This document shows, piece after piece, positions 11,953 through 24,149 of a DNA stretch of 64,000 bases (positions are counted from its first letter, which is position 1; each line of letters starts with the position of its first letter). Source of the stretch: Asterionella formosa. Taxonomy: Eukaryota. The translations under genes and the position numbers were made by a program. The notes beneath the pieces are model-generated. The model was not told the origin of the DNA and made no database searches. It saw only the letters and a list, made by a program, of their open reading frames with translations. The stretch covers positions 1 to 64,000 of the forward strand of contig NKIB01012918.1 of NCBI GenBank assembly GCA_002256025.1, written 5' to 3'.

Positions 11953-13199
11953 GAAGGAAGAATTGAATTGAAACCACTTTGGTTGTTGTTGTTTTGAAGT
12001 TATGATGCAAGATGATTCGCGCCATTTTTAGAGTTCGCTACCAATAAAAGGCAGGTGAATTTGTATATTTGTATGTACGAGTGAAAAAGAAATGGAGGAA
12101 TGCAGGAGGTCGTATGTAGACCATGTACCGGTATGTATATGTTGCAGATATATTAGCTGCACCAGGTACGAAGTTTGAAATTTGCAAGTAGGCTAAGAAC
12201 GTATACTTTCTAGCGTTATTCCCTCTGTTCAAGTACAGTTGCAACCAAACTTCTTTAGGTCATTGCCTCTCATGGAGTGCAAGCTCTGATAATTCTCCAG
12301 CTAACAACCCCGCCTATTAAAAATTTATTCCAAATCGAATGGTGAATCAAATATATCTTCATTGACACACCAATTACACAGCTTTTGGATGATGGGTGAT
12401 GCCATCTTGTGTGTTGCACCAGGCAATAATGTGTAACAGACCATATCAGCCATCTTAACGCCAAATAGTTCTATTGTATTTCAACAATGAATACATTAGT
12501 ATTGCTAGAATGGTAACCAAAAAAAGTCCCCCCTTTTCGAAGACAAATATACATAATAAATATAGCTAGCTACTTTGCACCCCCAGCAACAGTCTCCTTT
12601 GACAATAAATACTCATCTTCAACAAGCTATATCACCCGTTCAAATCTTGTTGTCTTATCCATTGTATGTTAACAATACAACTGATTTGATTTCGAAACTG
12701 AATGGCGGTTCACAGGATATATTGTGCTGGCTGAGCAACTCATGCTGTGCAATAGTTGAAACAGGCTCAACCGACTGTCACAACAGGCGCAAGTGCCAAG
12801 AATCATAATTTCTGACTTGCTTTCCATTTGGCTGTTGTTGCTGTTGCATGCAGCACCGCTGGGTGACATGTGTTCCATGTCTTCTATGTCAGACCAATCT
12901 CCATTGACCGCCATGTTCTTTGTCTCAGCTGAGCCTAGTACTGACAATGAATTCATTGACAACTACAATTTAGATAGAATTAAGTAAGTGCATATGTACA
13001 TGAACATCAGGGCAGGCAGCGCCAGGAAGCGTTACGGAGTATAACCTTCTAGCAAATGAGTAGTAGTCTTAAAGCATTTAATATTAGTGAAGTTTTAAAA
13101 TTTCAATACAACCAAGAAGTCATGTTCAAAGATCCAAATCTTGTTACCTAATCCTATGTTAAGGTGGTATTCAGAAATCAAAGACGGTTTGCTATATCA

Positions 13200-14060
13200 G
13201 GTCAGCAATCAGTGCCAACTAGTCTCAGTCAGTAGCTTCTATTCATAGTCAGCAGATTCTATTCGTAATCAGCAACAACTGCTAGTAATATGTAATCATT
13301 AAAAACGACTCATTTTCAAAATGTCTATGGACTACTACTAATTGACATTTAAACAGAGAATCAAAAATGAATATACTTGTTGTCAAATATGAGTATGTAA
13401 AAAAATATCCAAACATAATGATAATCAATAAGCTACGAGCATCAGTCACTATATTGTGCTTGTTACATGTACCAAAAATACGAAAATGAAACCCTCAATC
13501 TTCATGAAGATATTCGCTATTTTCGGCATGGTCAAGGCTGAGACTGAGACTACGACTGATACAAGCAACTTGATGCATGATTCTCCAGCCAAACAAAAAT
13601 CACGGTTTGGTTTGAATAGAAACAATAGAAACCCATTTACTCTGCAAAATAATTTACACCAGCACCTAGTACATGGGCTACCTCGGGTACCCTGAGCATT
13701 AATCCAGCCATAGTATGTGATATACATATTGCAAATATTGGCTGTTTCATCAGGGGTGATGATGACTGTGACCCTGTGTATAGATATTTTTCAGGTGTAC
13801 CAGATGTGCATGCTAATTAATATAAGCAATTCATATGCAAAAAGGGTCATTGAGAAAATCTATTCATATTCTGCAAGTTCCAGTCATTGTCAGAAAATTC
13901 TAGTCATTGTGAGCAATTTCTCGTTGGAGTCAACCAGTTCTAGTCATAGTCAGCAAGTTCTAAATCTAGAGAGAAATTCCTATTCATAATCCGCCCCACA
14001 CTATACAACAGTTTGCTGGCACTGTTCATTTGTCAGTAAGTTCTAGTCATATTCTACAAA
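13200..14060. repeat. Two patches (13200-13275, 13845-14060) of a degenerate 20-bp tandem repeat, consensus approximately TTCTAGTCATAGTCAGCAAG
   Basis: 20-nt periodicity visible, e.g. ttccagtcattgtcagaaaa / ttctagtcattgtgagcaat / ttctagtcatagtcagcaag. Confidence 0.65.
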
Positions 14061-14630
14061 TGCAAATAGTGAACAGCAGTATTGTCTGCAAATCGATATC
14101 ACTCCATAAGGGGCTGTAATGGTTTCCTACTAAATGACTTAAGGATTATTTGAAATCGAAAGCCAGCCTATCTTGTTGCCTAGCAGGCATGGCATGAACC
14201 ATCAGGAGAGAGCAGTCAAAATTGAAAAGGTGCAAATAAACCATGCTTTCCTGGAACCTTCTGAAAGGCCGGTAATGCATTTTTTCACATCATTTCAATT
14301 TCTACTCCTTCCCAACTATCTGTGCCACACCTGCCTGCTAGGCAACGAGATATGCAAGCTTTGGATTGAATTAATATTCCATAAGTATTTTAGGAAAACT
14401 TACTCCTAGTGACCAATGAAAATTTTCAGATTCATTCAATGAACATGACTCAGATTGCTGAATATTAATAGATTTTCTGAATGACATTTGTTCCTTACAT
14501 GAAGTATGTACATGAACAGACACAACCACTTCCCCTGATAGCCTTACCAATACTATGAACATATGTAACATAATATCATACACAGTCATTATCACACCTG
14601 ATGCAATGCCTTTATTTGCAATATATTCTC

Positions 14631-15932
14631 CTAAATAAACTTCAAATTCTTCTCCAGATTGTTCAGTTTGACTTCTTTTGTCTTAAGACCAGTATATTCG
14701 GGAAGCTTAAATCCTAGATCTTCCCAGCTTTTCCCCCAAGTTTTCTTGTATCTAGTAATAGTAGTATCATCTAAACCCCAAATCAGGCCTAGTCGTTGTC
14801 GACTGAGCTTGGTTCGTGAGTACATCTTCATACAAAGACATTTTTCAAACTCAGTTGGAGTGTCCAACTCTAATTTGCCATTTTTCCGTCGAGTCATGGA
14901 AGGGCGTTCAAGTATCAAGTCTGGGAATCGCATTTTGATATCAACTTTACACTCTTGCCATGTTTTATAACCAAATAAATGTAATCCAGCCTTTGGGTGC
15001 TTGAAATGCCAATCGTCATTGGACAAGGACATTCGCGATAAACCACCAGAGCAGCAGATAAAGTCGTAAAATGTTTGGACAGAGCATGGATGTTGTTCTG
15101 CATTTCCTGCTTGCATTCCTTTCAGTGGTTTCCCAGAATGTGCCAGTTTTTGACGCTTGAAGAGGCGGACAGCCTCATTTCGTTCTTGCTTGATCTTGAT
15201 ATTGGAAGCTTGAAGGGCTTCTTGTCGAACTTTCGCTTTATTAAGCATTGCTTGTAATTCAAGATTATCCCTTCGGAGCAGATTGATTTCCAAATTCTGG
15301 AGGGTGGTCATGGCTTGCCACTCATCAATGTTGCGAGCAGCGTTCTTGAGATATTCTTCGTTGGCTTCTGCCTGGCTTCCAGCAGCCGCCATTTGTTTGT
15401 CAGAAAGGTAGTCTAGAATAAACTTCTTGACGAGTTCAATAGGATAGTCTGGTGTTTGAAAGTACCCTTGATCAGTGCTAGGACATCTGTTACTGGGAAG
15501 GGGCTTGTACAAGTAAGCTTCAGCATCCTCTTCCGACATGAGTGTTCCTTCCCAACGAAAAGGGTATTCATCATGAAGGGCAACGAGTTGCCTAGTCCAG
15601 TGATGCCTCGCTACATGGAACCTTGCCTCCTTGTCCGTTTGGAAAAAATCCTTGTTCAATCCAAAGGCATCGAATACGTGTTCAGCATATTGTTTCGCCT
15701 GAATATTGGTCTCATTATAATCGAGCGTGGTAGTTCCAAACCAAAGATCTCCTATTTCTTGAAGCTTTCGTTGAATGTCGTTGCATTCGGAGTTCCCACA
15801 AATACAGTTGGTCACGAAGCCGTTCTCTCGTTGCTGGGCGTCAACTATCGGTTTTGGTTTCGTATTCGCAAATTGGGAGCGCAAAGAAATGAGGATTGGT
15901 GTATTTGGTAGGATTAAGGAGGTTTCCGACAT
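14631..15932 (-). CDS. Transposase-derived protein: THAP-like Zn module, coiled coil and Harbinger/ISL2EU-type HTH, with no DDE domain
   Basis: Intact 433-aa ORF from ATG 15932, with C-x-C-x4-C...FHVARHHW, a coiled coil, then GGLSR..WH..HP..LFGYKTW..TEFEKCL..KM..RLGLIWG..TITRY..W..W. It stops where the DDE domain would begin. The family call is from motif recall. Confidence 0.6.
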   Translation of the reverse strand: MSETSLILPNTPILISLRSQFANTKPKPIVDAQQRENGFVTNCICGNSECNDIQRKLQEIGDLWFGTTTLDYNETNIQAKQYAEHVFDAFGLNKDFFQTDKEARFHVARHHWTRQLVALHDEYPFRWEGTLMSEEDAEAYLYKPLPSNRCPSTDQGYFQTPDYPIELVKKFILDYLSDKQMAAAGSQAEANEEYLKNAARNIDEWQAMTTLQNLEINLLRRDNLELQAMLNKAKVRQEALQASNIKIKQERNEAVRLFKRQKLAHSGKPLKGMQAGNAEQHPCSVQTFYDFICCSGGLSRMSLSNDDWHFKHPKAGLHLFGYKTWQECKVDIKMRFPDLILERPSMTRRKNGKLELDTPTEFEKCLCMKMYSRTKLSRQRLGLIWGLDDTTITRYKKTWGKSWEDLGFKLPEYTGLKTKEVKLNNLEKNLKFI

Positions 15933-16696
15933 GGCGATGATTGACAATTGGATGAATAATACCAAGGTAGGCAAATGCTCGATAGATTCAATTCCGGGCA
16001 AGATCTAGAAAAAGCAAGATGGTTGTAATTTCGTCTTGTTTGATTTGTTGCGATTCTATCACGTCCGAATTGAGGTACCGGTACCAGGGTACCAGATACC
16101 GGACACCTCACCCCGGTTGTACCGGTACCGTACTACGGTTTCGGCGAGAAGGCGGTCCAAATGTGCGTAAAGGGGAGAATGATACCGGGTCATGATGTGG
16201 CCAACATCACAGCCAAGTCGAATACGGTATATGACGTCATTTTCTTCGATTCTTATTTAGACCCATTGCCATGAGTTATTTTAACGAAACAGAATCCTGG
16301 TGTACGAACATAACTGGTATGGTACTGTAGAACAGAATTCGATGGTGACACTGTGGCAGTTCTCAAGACTGGTATATATACCGATAGTCTAGCGTCTACC
16401 GGTATATACCGGTACATACCGGTACCAGGGTACCGGTACCTCGTTATTTCTCTCAAATGTATGTGCTACGATACCGGTATGTCTTTCGTCGTGCCACTGC
16501 TGCCTCGGAGGAGCGTTGTTTTTGTCTTATTTTATAAAACAAAGTACTGACATCAGTATTCGAACTCGAGTGCGCCATTGTGACCACAAGAAGTGCATAA
16601 ACAATTAGACATTAGCAACACCCTGTCGCCAATTATGGGAGGCGTCTTTCGTTGAACACTGATTTCCTTCATTCCTTCCTTTATTCCAGCGCAACC

Positions 16697-17692
16697 ATGG
16701 CAGTTACCGGTACTCCGTCCCGATCCTCCGAACTCCTAAAAAGCATCCCGCCCGCGACGTTCGCAATCATCAGCTTCTGCTGTGTCGTGTATGGATGTCA
16801 GATACTCGCGGACCCGGACGTTCATCATTACACGATGAACCCGCGTTCCGTCCTCTACTTGCACGAATACTACCGTCTCATCACGTCAACTCTATTTCAC
16901 GGGTCACTCATGCACATTGGAATGAACATGATGAGCACCTTCGCCATTAGTTCGGCGCTGGAAGCAAGGTTCGGAACGATCAGGCATGCGATTACCATTT
17001 TGTGGGCCATGCTCTTGACATCGACAACCTATACGATCATGGCCTTTCTGCTGCATTTCGTATTCGGATACGACAAGCTGATGTATCAGCATGTCTTGGG
17101 CTTTAGTGGAGTCATCTTTCACCTGTCCGTTATGGAATGCAACCTAAGTCAAGGTTCCAGGTCGCTGTTTGGAGCGATTTCGGTTCCATCGCAGGTGTAC
17201 CCATGGGTCCTTCTGGTAGTCATTCAATTCATCATGCCGAATCTAAGTTTCATGGGACACTTGGCGGGGATTATTACTGGAACCCTGCAATCATATGGCA
17301 CGCTAGATTGCATACTGGTGAGCGAGCAATATTCCAAGGAAATGGAAGGATGGACGATGCTGAGAGCCATCACGTCCCGACCGCACTTTGTCGCAATACC
17401 GAGTGGGGGTGACATGACCATGCCTCGCGGTGAGGGATCATCGCTTGGGCAAGCAGCTTGGAGAGCTGGACAAATGTTACTCAAGTTCGCCAAGGATGTC
17501 ATGGAGACAAGTCAATACATTTTATTTGGAAGAGGGCACGAAGCGAATTCCAATATTCAAGTTGCTGGAAGGGGGGCAGCAATCTCAGCTACTGCAGTGG
17601 CATCTGGAACGGATGACTTTGAGGATGATGATTGGGTTGGACTTCCTCCCATCCCAGAAGTTCCCATTCCTGAGCAGTCACGGTTGTTGTGA
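16697..17692 (+). CDS. Rhomboid-family intramembrane serine protease (RHBDD1/RBL-like)
   Basis: EYYRLITSTLFHGSLMHIGMNM, catalytic GFSGV and GHLAG, multiple TM segments. Confidence 0.9.
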   Translation: MAVTGTPSRSSELLKSIPPATFAIISFCCVVYGCQILADPDVHHYTMNPRSVLYLHEYYRLITSTLFHGSLMHIGMNMMSTFAISSALEARFGTIRHAITILWAMLLTSTTYTIMAFLLHFVFGYDKLMYQHVLGFSGVIFHLSVMECNLSQGSRSLFGAISVPSQVYPWVLLVVIQFIMPNLSFMGHLAGIITGTLQSYGTLDCILVSEQYSKEMEGWTMLRAITSRPHFVAIPSGGDMTMPRGEGSSLGQAAWRAGQMLLKFAKDVMETSQYILFGRGHEANSNIQVAGRGAAISATAVASGTDDFEDDDWVGLPPIPEVPIPEQSRLL

Positions 17693-18052
17693 ATGCGGCA
17701 AAAATAAATGCCCAGGAACAGTCGTATCCTATCCGAAAGGGTTTCCTACCACAAACAATATTTCGGTTTAGTCATTTTTTTAAGGCTGCGCTTGTCCTTT
17801 AACTTTTGGTCATGGTGGCTCTTGCGCTTTAGCTTGTATACCGATGTTACAAAGTCTGCAATTCTCAAGTGGCCTGTCTCCGAAGCTGCCATTGGGTTTT
17901 TATTGCACCACAAATCCTAATACTTATAAAAACAAGAAGAAATATTTGCTCGTGAGCTGATAACAAAACTATTGGATGGCGTTTCTAAAGCAGTTCCGGT
18001 TGCTGATTGTAATATTGCTAAGGAATTGGGATTAAAATAGGCACAGCAAATT

Positions 18053-19415
18053 CTACACAATACTCATGCCGCTGTGCGAGGGGAGAACCAACGGAGTAGC
18101 ATTTTTCACAGCAAGATAGTAGTACCAGAAAAAGTCGAGCATCAGGACCAATTGCATGAATTGCGAGAAAAGCGCCAGATAGCCCGGAAGTCGAGATCCA
18201 GCACTGCTAGCAAGTTCATGGTAGCTGTAAATCCAAAAAGAAAATTCGCAAACACGGCCGAATCCCAAGGCAGCAACAAAGTGAGCCGTTAGTAATTCCA
18301 CAACTCCAGTCGCTTGTTTTTGAAACATGTACAATTGAGGGATCAAGGAAAGGGACTCCAAATACATGGCATAAGTCCACGCAACGTCACTCATGAAATC
18401 ACTGTTCAAGTTAGGATGAACGAAGATGGCGATGATCATAACTGGGACAGCCAAGTAAAGTGCGCCCATGCCGGCAGGTACATTCATTTCGCCAAACGTA
18501 TCCAAATCAGCCTGATATGTCTGTTTGAACGGTACCATGCATCCGTATAGAGCAGAAGCAGTGAAAATCAACGCCATACTTTCAATAACGTGATAAAGCC
18601 AGTCTCCAGACTTGTCATAAGGCAAGTATCCCTCGTGGCGAATGATCGAAGTTAGGCGGAAAAAGAAAACCAGACAGTAGCATTGCAAGGTCTTAATGGA
18701 GACACCCGTTGCTCTTCCGCTTTTGAAGGTCTTAACGTTGAGAATGCCAAATCCGAACATACGTGCCAAAGCTCCATAGGTCATGAGGAAGGAGAAGTCT
18801 CCCCCAGACAGGAAGAAGTAAATTGAGAGTGAAAAAGTAAAGAAACCAGCCCACATGAGCACGTTGGAATTCAACGCCTGAAGTGCCAAACTTTTGCGCC
18901 CCTTCTTGCTCTTGTCGCCATCATCTACATCGCCACCTCCCATACCCTGTGAAGGAAGAACACATGTCGCAAGTCAGCAAACAGAAAGAATTTAAAAAGT
19001 ATTAAAAAATCCAACGAATTTCGAAATCCACCGATAAATCGAGATTCCGTATCCGGTGATGACTCCTAGTTGTTGCTGTGGAGGAATGGAGCATCAACGG
19101 AATCTCAACGGCTACAAGATACCATCTGAGCATAAGCGAACAGCAAACACAACATTTTGATTGAGGTCGATCTCTGATTCATGTCGATACACCTACCTGA
19201 TTGTAATCCATGGGTGCCCCTTGTCCGTATTGAGCTCCTGCATATCCTCCAGATCCGGGAGCAGAGTACGAGGCGCCGTATTGACCTACTGGCTGCCCAT
19301 AGCTCGGCGTCGCGTAGCCAGCTCCTCCTTGTGGTTGTGAGTAACTCGCTCCTCCACCATATCCACCGGGATTGGCATTGAAGCCATGTCGGCCGTAGGG
19401 TCCTTCTGATGACAT
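18053..19415 (-). CDS. ER lumen protein-retaining receptor (ERD2/KDEL receptor)-like protein with G/Y-rich N-terminus; 2 exons (19415-19197, 18946-18053)
   Basis: GVSIKTLQ, GYLPYDKSGDWLY and WTYAMYLESLSLIPQLYMFQK..HFVAALGFGR, with a phase-0 GT-AG intron. Confidence 0.9.
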
Positions 19416-20479
19416 TGATATAGTATTGTATTGTATTTTATTTGCACTTGATTTTGATTTATTCCTATCAACAGCACGTCGTCATTTTAAAGCCGTGATC
19501 ACCTGGTTCCATGGCTCAGCATACCGGTATCATAAGTCATGTCCTTGTATGTATAACCATAGTACCAGGGTACCAGGTACACCATCTTTTCATGGAGCTA
19601 TGCTTGCTTCACTCTACACACAACCACATACATATTGATAACACGCTACGTGGGCGATGTATGAGGCAAAAGCAAGGCAGTTGCGATAATTTTGCTTCAC
19701 AGCCATTAGGTTTATGAAAGCAAGTTCCCACAATTACTGTGACTCCAATCCCAAATTGATCCTGTGTAATATTTTTGATATTCATCTTTAACCCCCTTGA
19801 TGGCCAGCTTGTTGTTCCAAATTATATTTGGCTTTAATATGGCTGGTATAGCCAAAAATATTGAAACCAATCTGTTTTACTTAGTATTGTGCCGCCATTT
19901 GCTTTCCTTCAATTGATTATGCTTAAAGTAGGACCATTTTACAGCAGCTTTGCTTTAGTTAATAGTCTTGCTTGAAATAGATTTGCTTTAATTAATAGGT
20001 TTGCTTATAGCAGCAATTTTACTTATTGCATGACGTCAACTTTCAAACCAATTGCCATCAGCCCCCTAAAATATAATTTAAGGATCATACTATGCTCTGG
20101 TAGTGTGAAGGCAAAGACAACATATTCATATTGCACAATACATAATCTAGAATAAATCAAACTATTAAATAATTTTTAAAAACTCAAAAATTGGGAGAGG
20201 TTGTTAAGTTGCACTTGGCCCCAGAGGAGGGCCTTAGATCTGCTTGTTGTCTGCCTCACCACCCAGAACACAGGGGACTACATACTAAAGAAAGCAGGTG
20301 GATAATGTGGGAACCGAACCAACCACTGACCATGGATGGTGTGCTTACAACTACCAGTAAGCCATTCCCCTATTATGATTTATGAATGTACATATATACA
20401 TACAGATAGGTCAAAAGTATGTATATAAGGACTTTATTAGTTAAACCAAATGGATTAGTTAGGCAAAACGAAGATATTC

Positions 20480-20950
20480 CTTAACCTTGCTTTGCTTTAA
20501 GTAGATTCAAATTCCTTGCACCTTACATGGGGTGAAAGCAGGTTCAAAGGGTGCCCCATCAGTTTATAAACTTTGTTATATGTAATCAACAAACACTGTT
20601 GTAAGAATTTTCCATTTATACCATGCTCAAATTTCTGTTTAGATAAAATTTTGAGACGGACACAGAAGAATATAATCTGTGCTCTCCACTGTTTTACAGT
20701 GACATGGAGACAAACTCTTGTGGTAGCCACACATTCATGAATTTGGAAATGGTGGTTCATTTGCTACTGATTTGGCACAAAAGGTTCAACTATTAGATGA
20801 ATATGCAGTGGATCATTTTGAAGATTTAGAGTGCTTTTTTCTGAAAAACTGTTAGGTTATCACCATGCTATATCCCTGTACTTTCTGCATCAGTGAGGCA
20901 GGATGACTGTTGATGCAACTTCCATGGATTCCAAGGCTAGAGAAAGGCAA
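20480..20950 (-). mobile_element. Probable decayed non-LTR retrotransposon (LINE) 3' fragment
   Basis: A stop-riddled minus frame contains SPCHCKTVESTDYILLCPS, resembling the LINE ORF2 C-terminal Cys/His knuckle. The region is CpG-depleted. Confidence 0.35.
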
Positions 20951-21067
20951 GAGTATTGCATATTCAGGAATACTGGAAGCATAGATAATCAATTCAGAAA
21001 ATTAATACAAGTGATCTACATACCCTTAGTAACGCTGTGAGGCCATATATAATCACCCACATTTTCC

Positions 21068-21753
21068 CTAGACCTCCTTTTTTGTCGACGCCAGTGGCAA
21101 CTCATCATCTTCTGTACACAAATCAACGAGAAATTTCTTGCCTGGCTCCAAGAGTGCACCAGTTACATTTATGGCAAGGATGACATAGAGGGAGATCACT
21201 AGCTTCCCCAAGTCAGTGCTGGGGCTAAAATCACCATATCCAATAGTGAGTCCTGCAATAACACTAAAATATGCGGCCTCTAATTGACTCAAACCTTCCA
21301 AATTGGAAAACAATAGGATACCAAGCATGAGAGTAATGGAAGCAACAGCAAATAGGCCTCCAGGGACTCGATGTTTCCAGGATGATGCCAGGTCCATGAC
21401 AGGTCCTAAAAAGAAGCCCAACCCAAACAGGGAAAGCAAAAGAATGAAAGTCTTTCCAGATGCTGAGAGATCTTTCGAAGGACAGATGTCCCCAAAACCG
21501 ACACTGGAAAGGGGGGGGGGTCAGAAAGTATGTGTGGGACTATTGATTATTGCTTACTGTAATCCTTCACTTGAGTAGGTGATAACATAACTTACGTGGT
21601 CAGAGTAATACAGGAACAATAAATCGAATTTACCAATCGAGACCCTTGTGCATCCTCGACAATCATACCGGGCAGGTGATAAAATCCCGCAGCTCCAATT
21701 GCAACTATACAAAGGGCCAGTATCGCGACTCTTTCATTGGAAAGTTTGCCCAT
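21068..21753 (-). CDS. Small two-pore-domain potassium channel (~197 aa); 2 exons (21753-21596, 21503-21068)
   Basis: Two selectivity filters, TLTTVGFGD (split by a 92-nt intron) and GLTIGYGD, each flanked by TM helices. Confidence 0.88.
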
Positions 21754-22897
21754 TTGGTGGACGATTGATTAAGGCGGGAGGCGGAAAAAGCTCGCAATAA
21801 ACCCAATGTGACACCCAATTGACTTTACCGAAATTAATGGAGATGCCAAAGTTTACTTTCATCGAAATGAACGCGCAATATCCATGTTGTTTGGCAATCA
21901 CTGACGACTGCTAAAATGGAACAAATAGGTTTGCCAGTACTACCCTGAAACCGGAAGTTAAGCGAGGTATTGTTACCTGGTAATAGAGTATACCCGGATA
22001 TGGAGAACCAACACCACAGCCAGAAGCAAACAAAGGAGCAAACAAATCCCTGTTGTGTTTCTTGCTTGACCATGCATGCTTGTGTGCATACGGTATACAT
22101 AACAATGTGGTTTCAGTTTTACCTGGTACACCTCGTACCAAGCTAGTAGTCTACGTCACCACCTCCAGGAAGGTCCGGTAATCAGCGAATTGCGCGCACT
22201 ATAAACTAAAAATTCCACCTAGCGGTTTCCACCTACTTCATTCGGTACCAGTACCTACATAGTACCAGGTACCAGGTACTCCCTCTGTCTAGTAACAGTT
22301 GGATCGATTCGCCGGCACCACCAGTGTCTACTGTTCGCATGTGAAGGATTAGGTAGCTAACATACCAAATTTCTACGTGAGGGTCGGCTTACTCGAAAAA
22401 TGCGTTCTTTATGAGTTACATACACGAGAACGCATACCGGTATTCGTTTTCTTTAATTAAATTATTAGCAATTTAAATAAATTAATCGAAACCAATTTAA
22501 CATATTCGCATGTACATTGCACGCCTGTACACATCGCCAACTGCTGTGTTTCACATCGGCCGGCCATTCAAATATTTGCGGGAAACCAAATACAACAAGC
22601 CACTATCATAATTATAACATGATTAGAATAATTGTCGTTCGGTATACTTTCTACGGTTGTTGCACCTACATGGACCATGCCACCGGATGTTTGATGGTTA
22701 CAATCCTCAAAACGAGCATACCTCATTTTCTTACTTCCTATCATCACCACTTTCGGGGTTGCACATTCCATAATCATAATTGAACGCAAGTTGCCGTTGT
22801 TCTACTGGTGTTGTATCGTACTTTGTACGTATGTTGAGAATACATAGATGGTTCGAAGAAAAATGGGTCCTCATTCATCTGCATTTTGGTCGAGATG

Positions 22898-23072
22898 AGC
22901 AAAAGTGGAAGTCGAAAAAGCCGAAAAACGTTTTTTTGAAACGTAGTTGCCAATTTTAATCTTTATAAATAATAAATACATGATTCTGTAGCTAAGAGCG
23001 AGCCGCGCAATAGGGCAATTGAGCCGGAGAAAATCATAGGAGTCAAAATGATGGCCCAGGATAAATTTGAAT
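22898..23072 (+). repeat. Dispersed TE-end repeat, inverted copy of 53761-53945
   Basis: For example tgtagctaagagcgagccgcgcaatagggcaattgagccggagaaaat versus the reverse complement at 53798-53845. Confidence 0.85.
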
Positions 23073-23248
23073 TATCGATGCAACTACCAGTAGGAGGACC
23101 AGGGTACCTGGTACAAGGTACCCTGGTGTAACTCCTGGAAGGTCTGGTAGTCAGCACACATATCGATGCAACTACCAGTAGGAGGACCAGGGTACCTGGT
23201 ACAAGGTACCCTGGTGTTACTCCTGGAAGGTCTGGTAGTCAGCACACA
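23073..23248. repeat. Near-perfect 88-bp tandem duplication, each unit palindromic
   Basis: 23073-23160 and 23161-23248 differ at one base. The core is ACCAGGGTACCT-GGTACA-AGGTACCCTGGT. Confidence 0.95.
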
Positions 23249-23479
23249 TAGCGTGCAGGTTGCTCATTTTCGGGTCATCGATTCACATGCAAAAAAGACA
23301 GACGTACACCCCCCAAAAATTGTCGAACCCCTAAATTTTGCACTACTCCCTCTTTCTTTAAATAATTGTTTTCATAAACATTAAGCGGTTACCATATAAC
23401 CTGGTGTCTCATATCCACCCAAATACCTGTACTTCCCCCCCCCCCTCTTGTACATCTGGCGCAACACCCCTAAATGTTT

Positions 23480-24050
23480 CATATGTATAAGAATTTGAGT
23501 AGGCTCACCATCTTCCCAATGCAAATGGATTCATTGTAAGAATATGTCTGTATCAACCCAAGGTTTGGGTTGACAAGTATTTTTAATACCAACCAGAAAA
23601 TGTTGTTGATTGTTGTTTAGTAATCCAAATAGCCTTGTAATATGTCCATCCCTTGTTCTGCCTCTAAATACAATGAATTTTGGCAACTTCTCACCACTTA
23701 TTGTCACATCAAACAAAAACAGTGCAACGATTGGAGTTTCCTCTCATTCGAAGCCCAATGGTCCTTTCGCCACAGTTCGCCAAAGTCTTTGATCCAAATA
23801 TGTCAAAATTGATGTCTGTCTCATTAATAATGACAAGAAAGAGGAACTCTGGAAAATATTGTTTAATTCATCACGAAACTCAGGCGCGCCAGTGCTCCAA
23901 AAATGGAAATTCAATTGATCCTAGAAACCAATCGATCAGACAACAAAATATCTATAAGGCGGTTATTTATGTTTTTGACAAGTAGCGATTAAGTTGGTTT
24001 TTTCATAATCTTTCACAATCCATAAAAGGTCCAATGTCTTTTACTCCCCT
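23480..24050 (-). pseudogene. pogo/Tigger (Tc1-mariner, DDE_1) transposase fragment
   Basis: INETDINFD..KTLA..GERTI..RCTV..SGEKLPKFIVFRG..QPKPWVD across frameshifts and stops. Confidence 0.75.
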
Positions 24051-24149
24051 CTAAGTAAATCATTCGTGGCTGCTGTGTACTACATTGAGGGGTACAAGAC
24101 TCCAGGTTTTCCGTGACCCTCCACTGGTACTACTGCATAAGCCGCGTAT

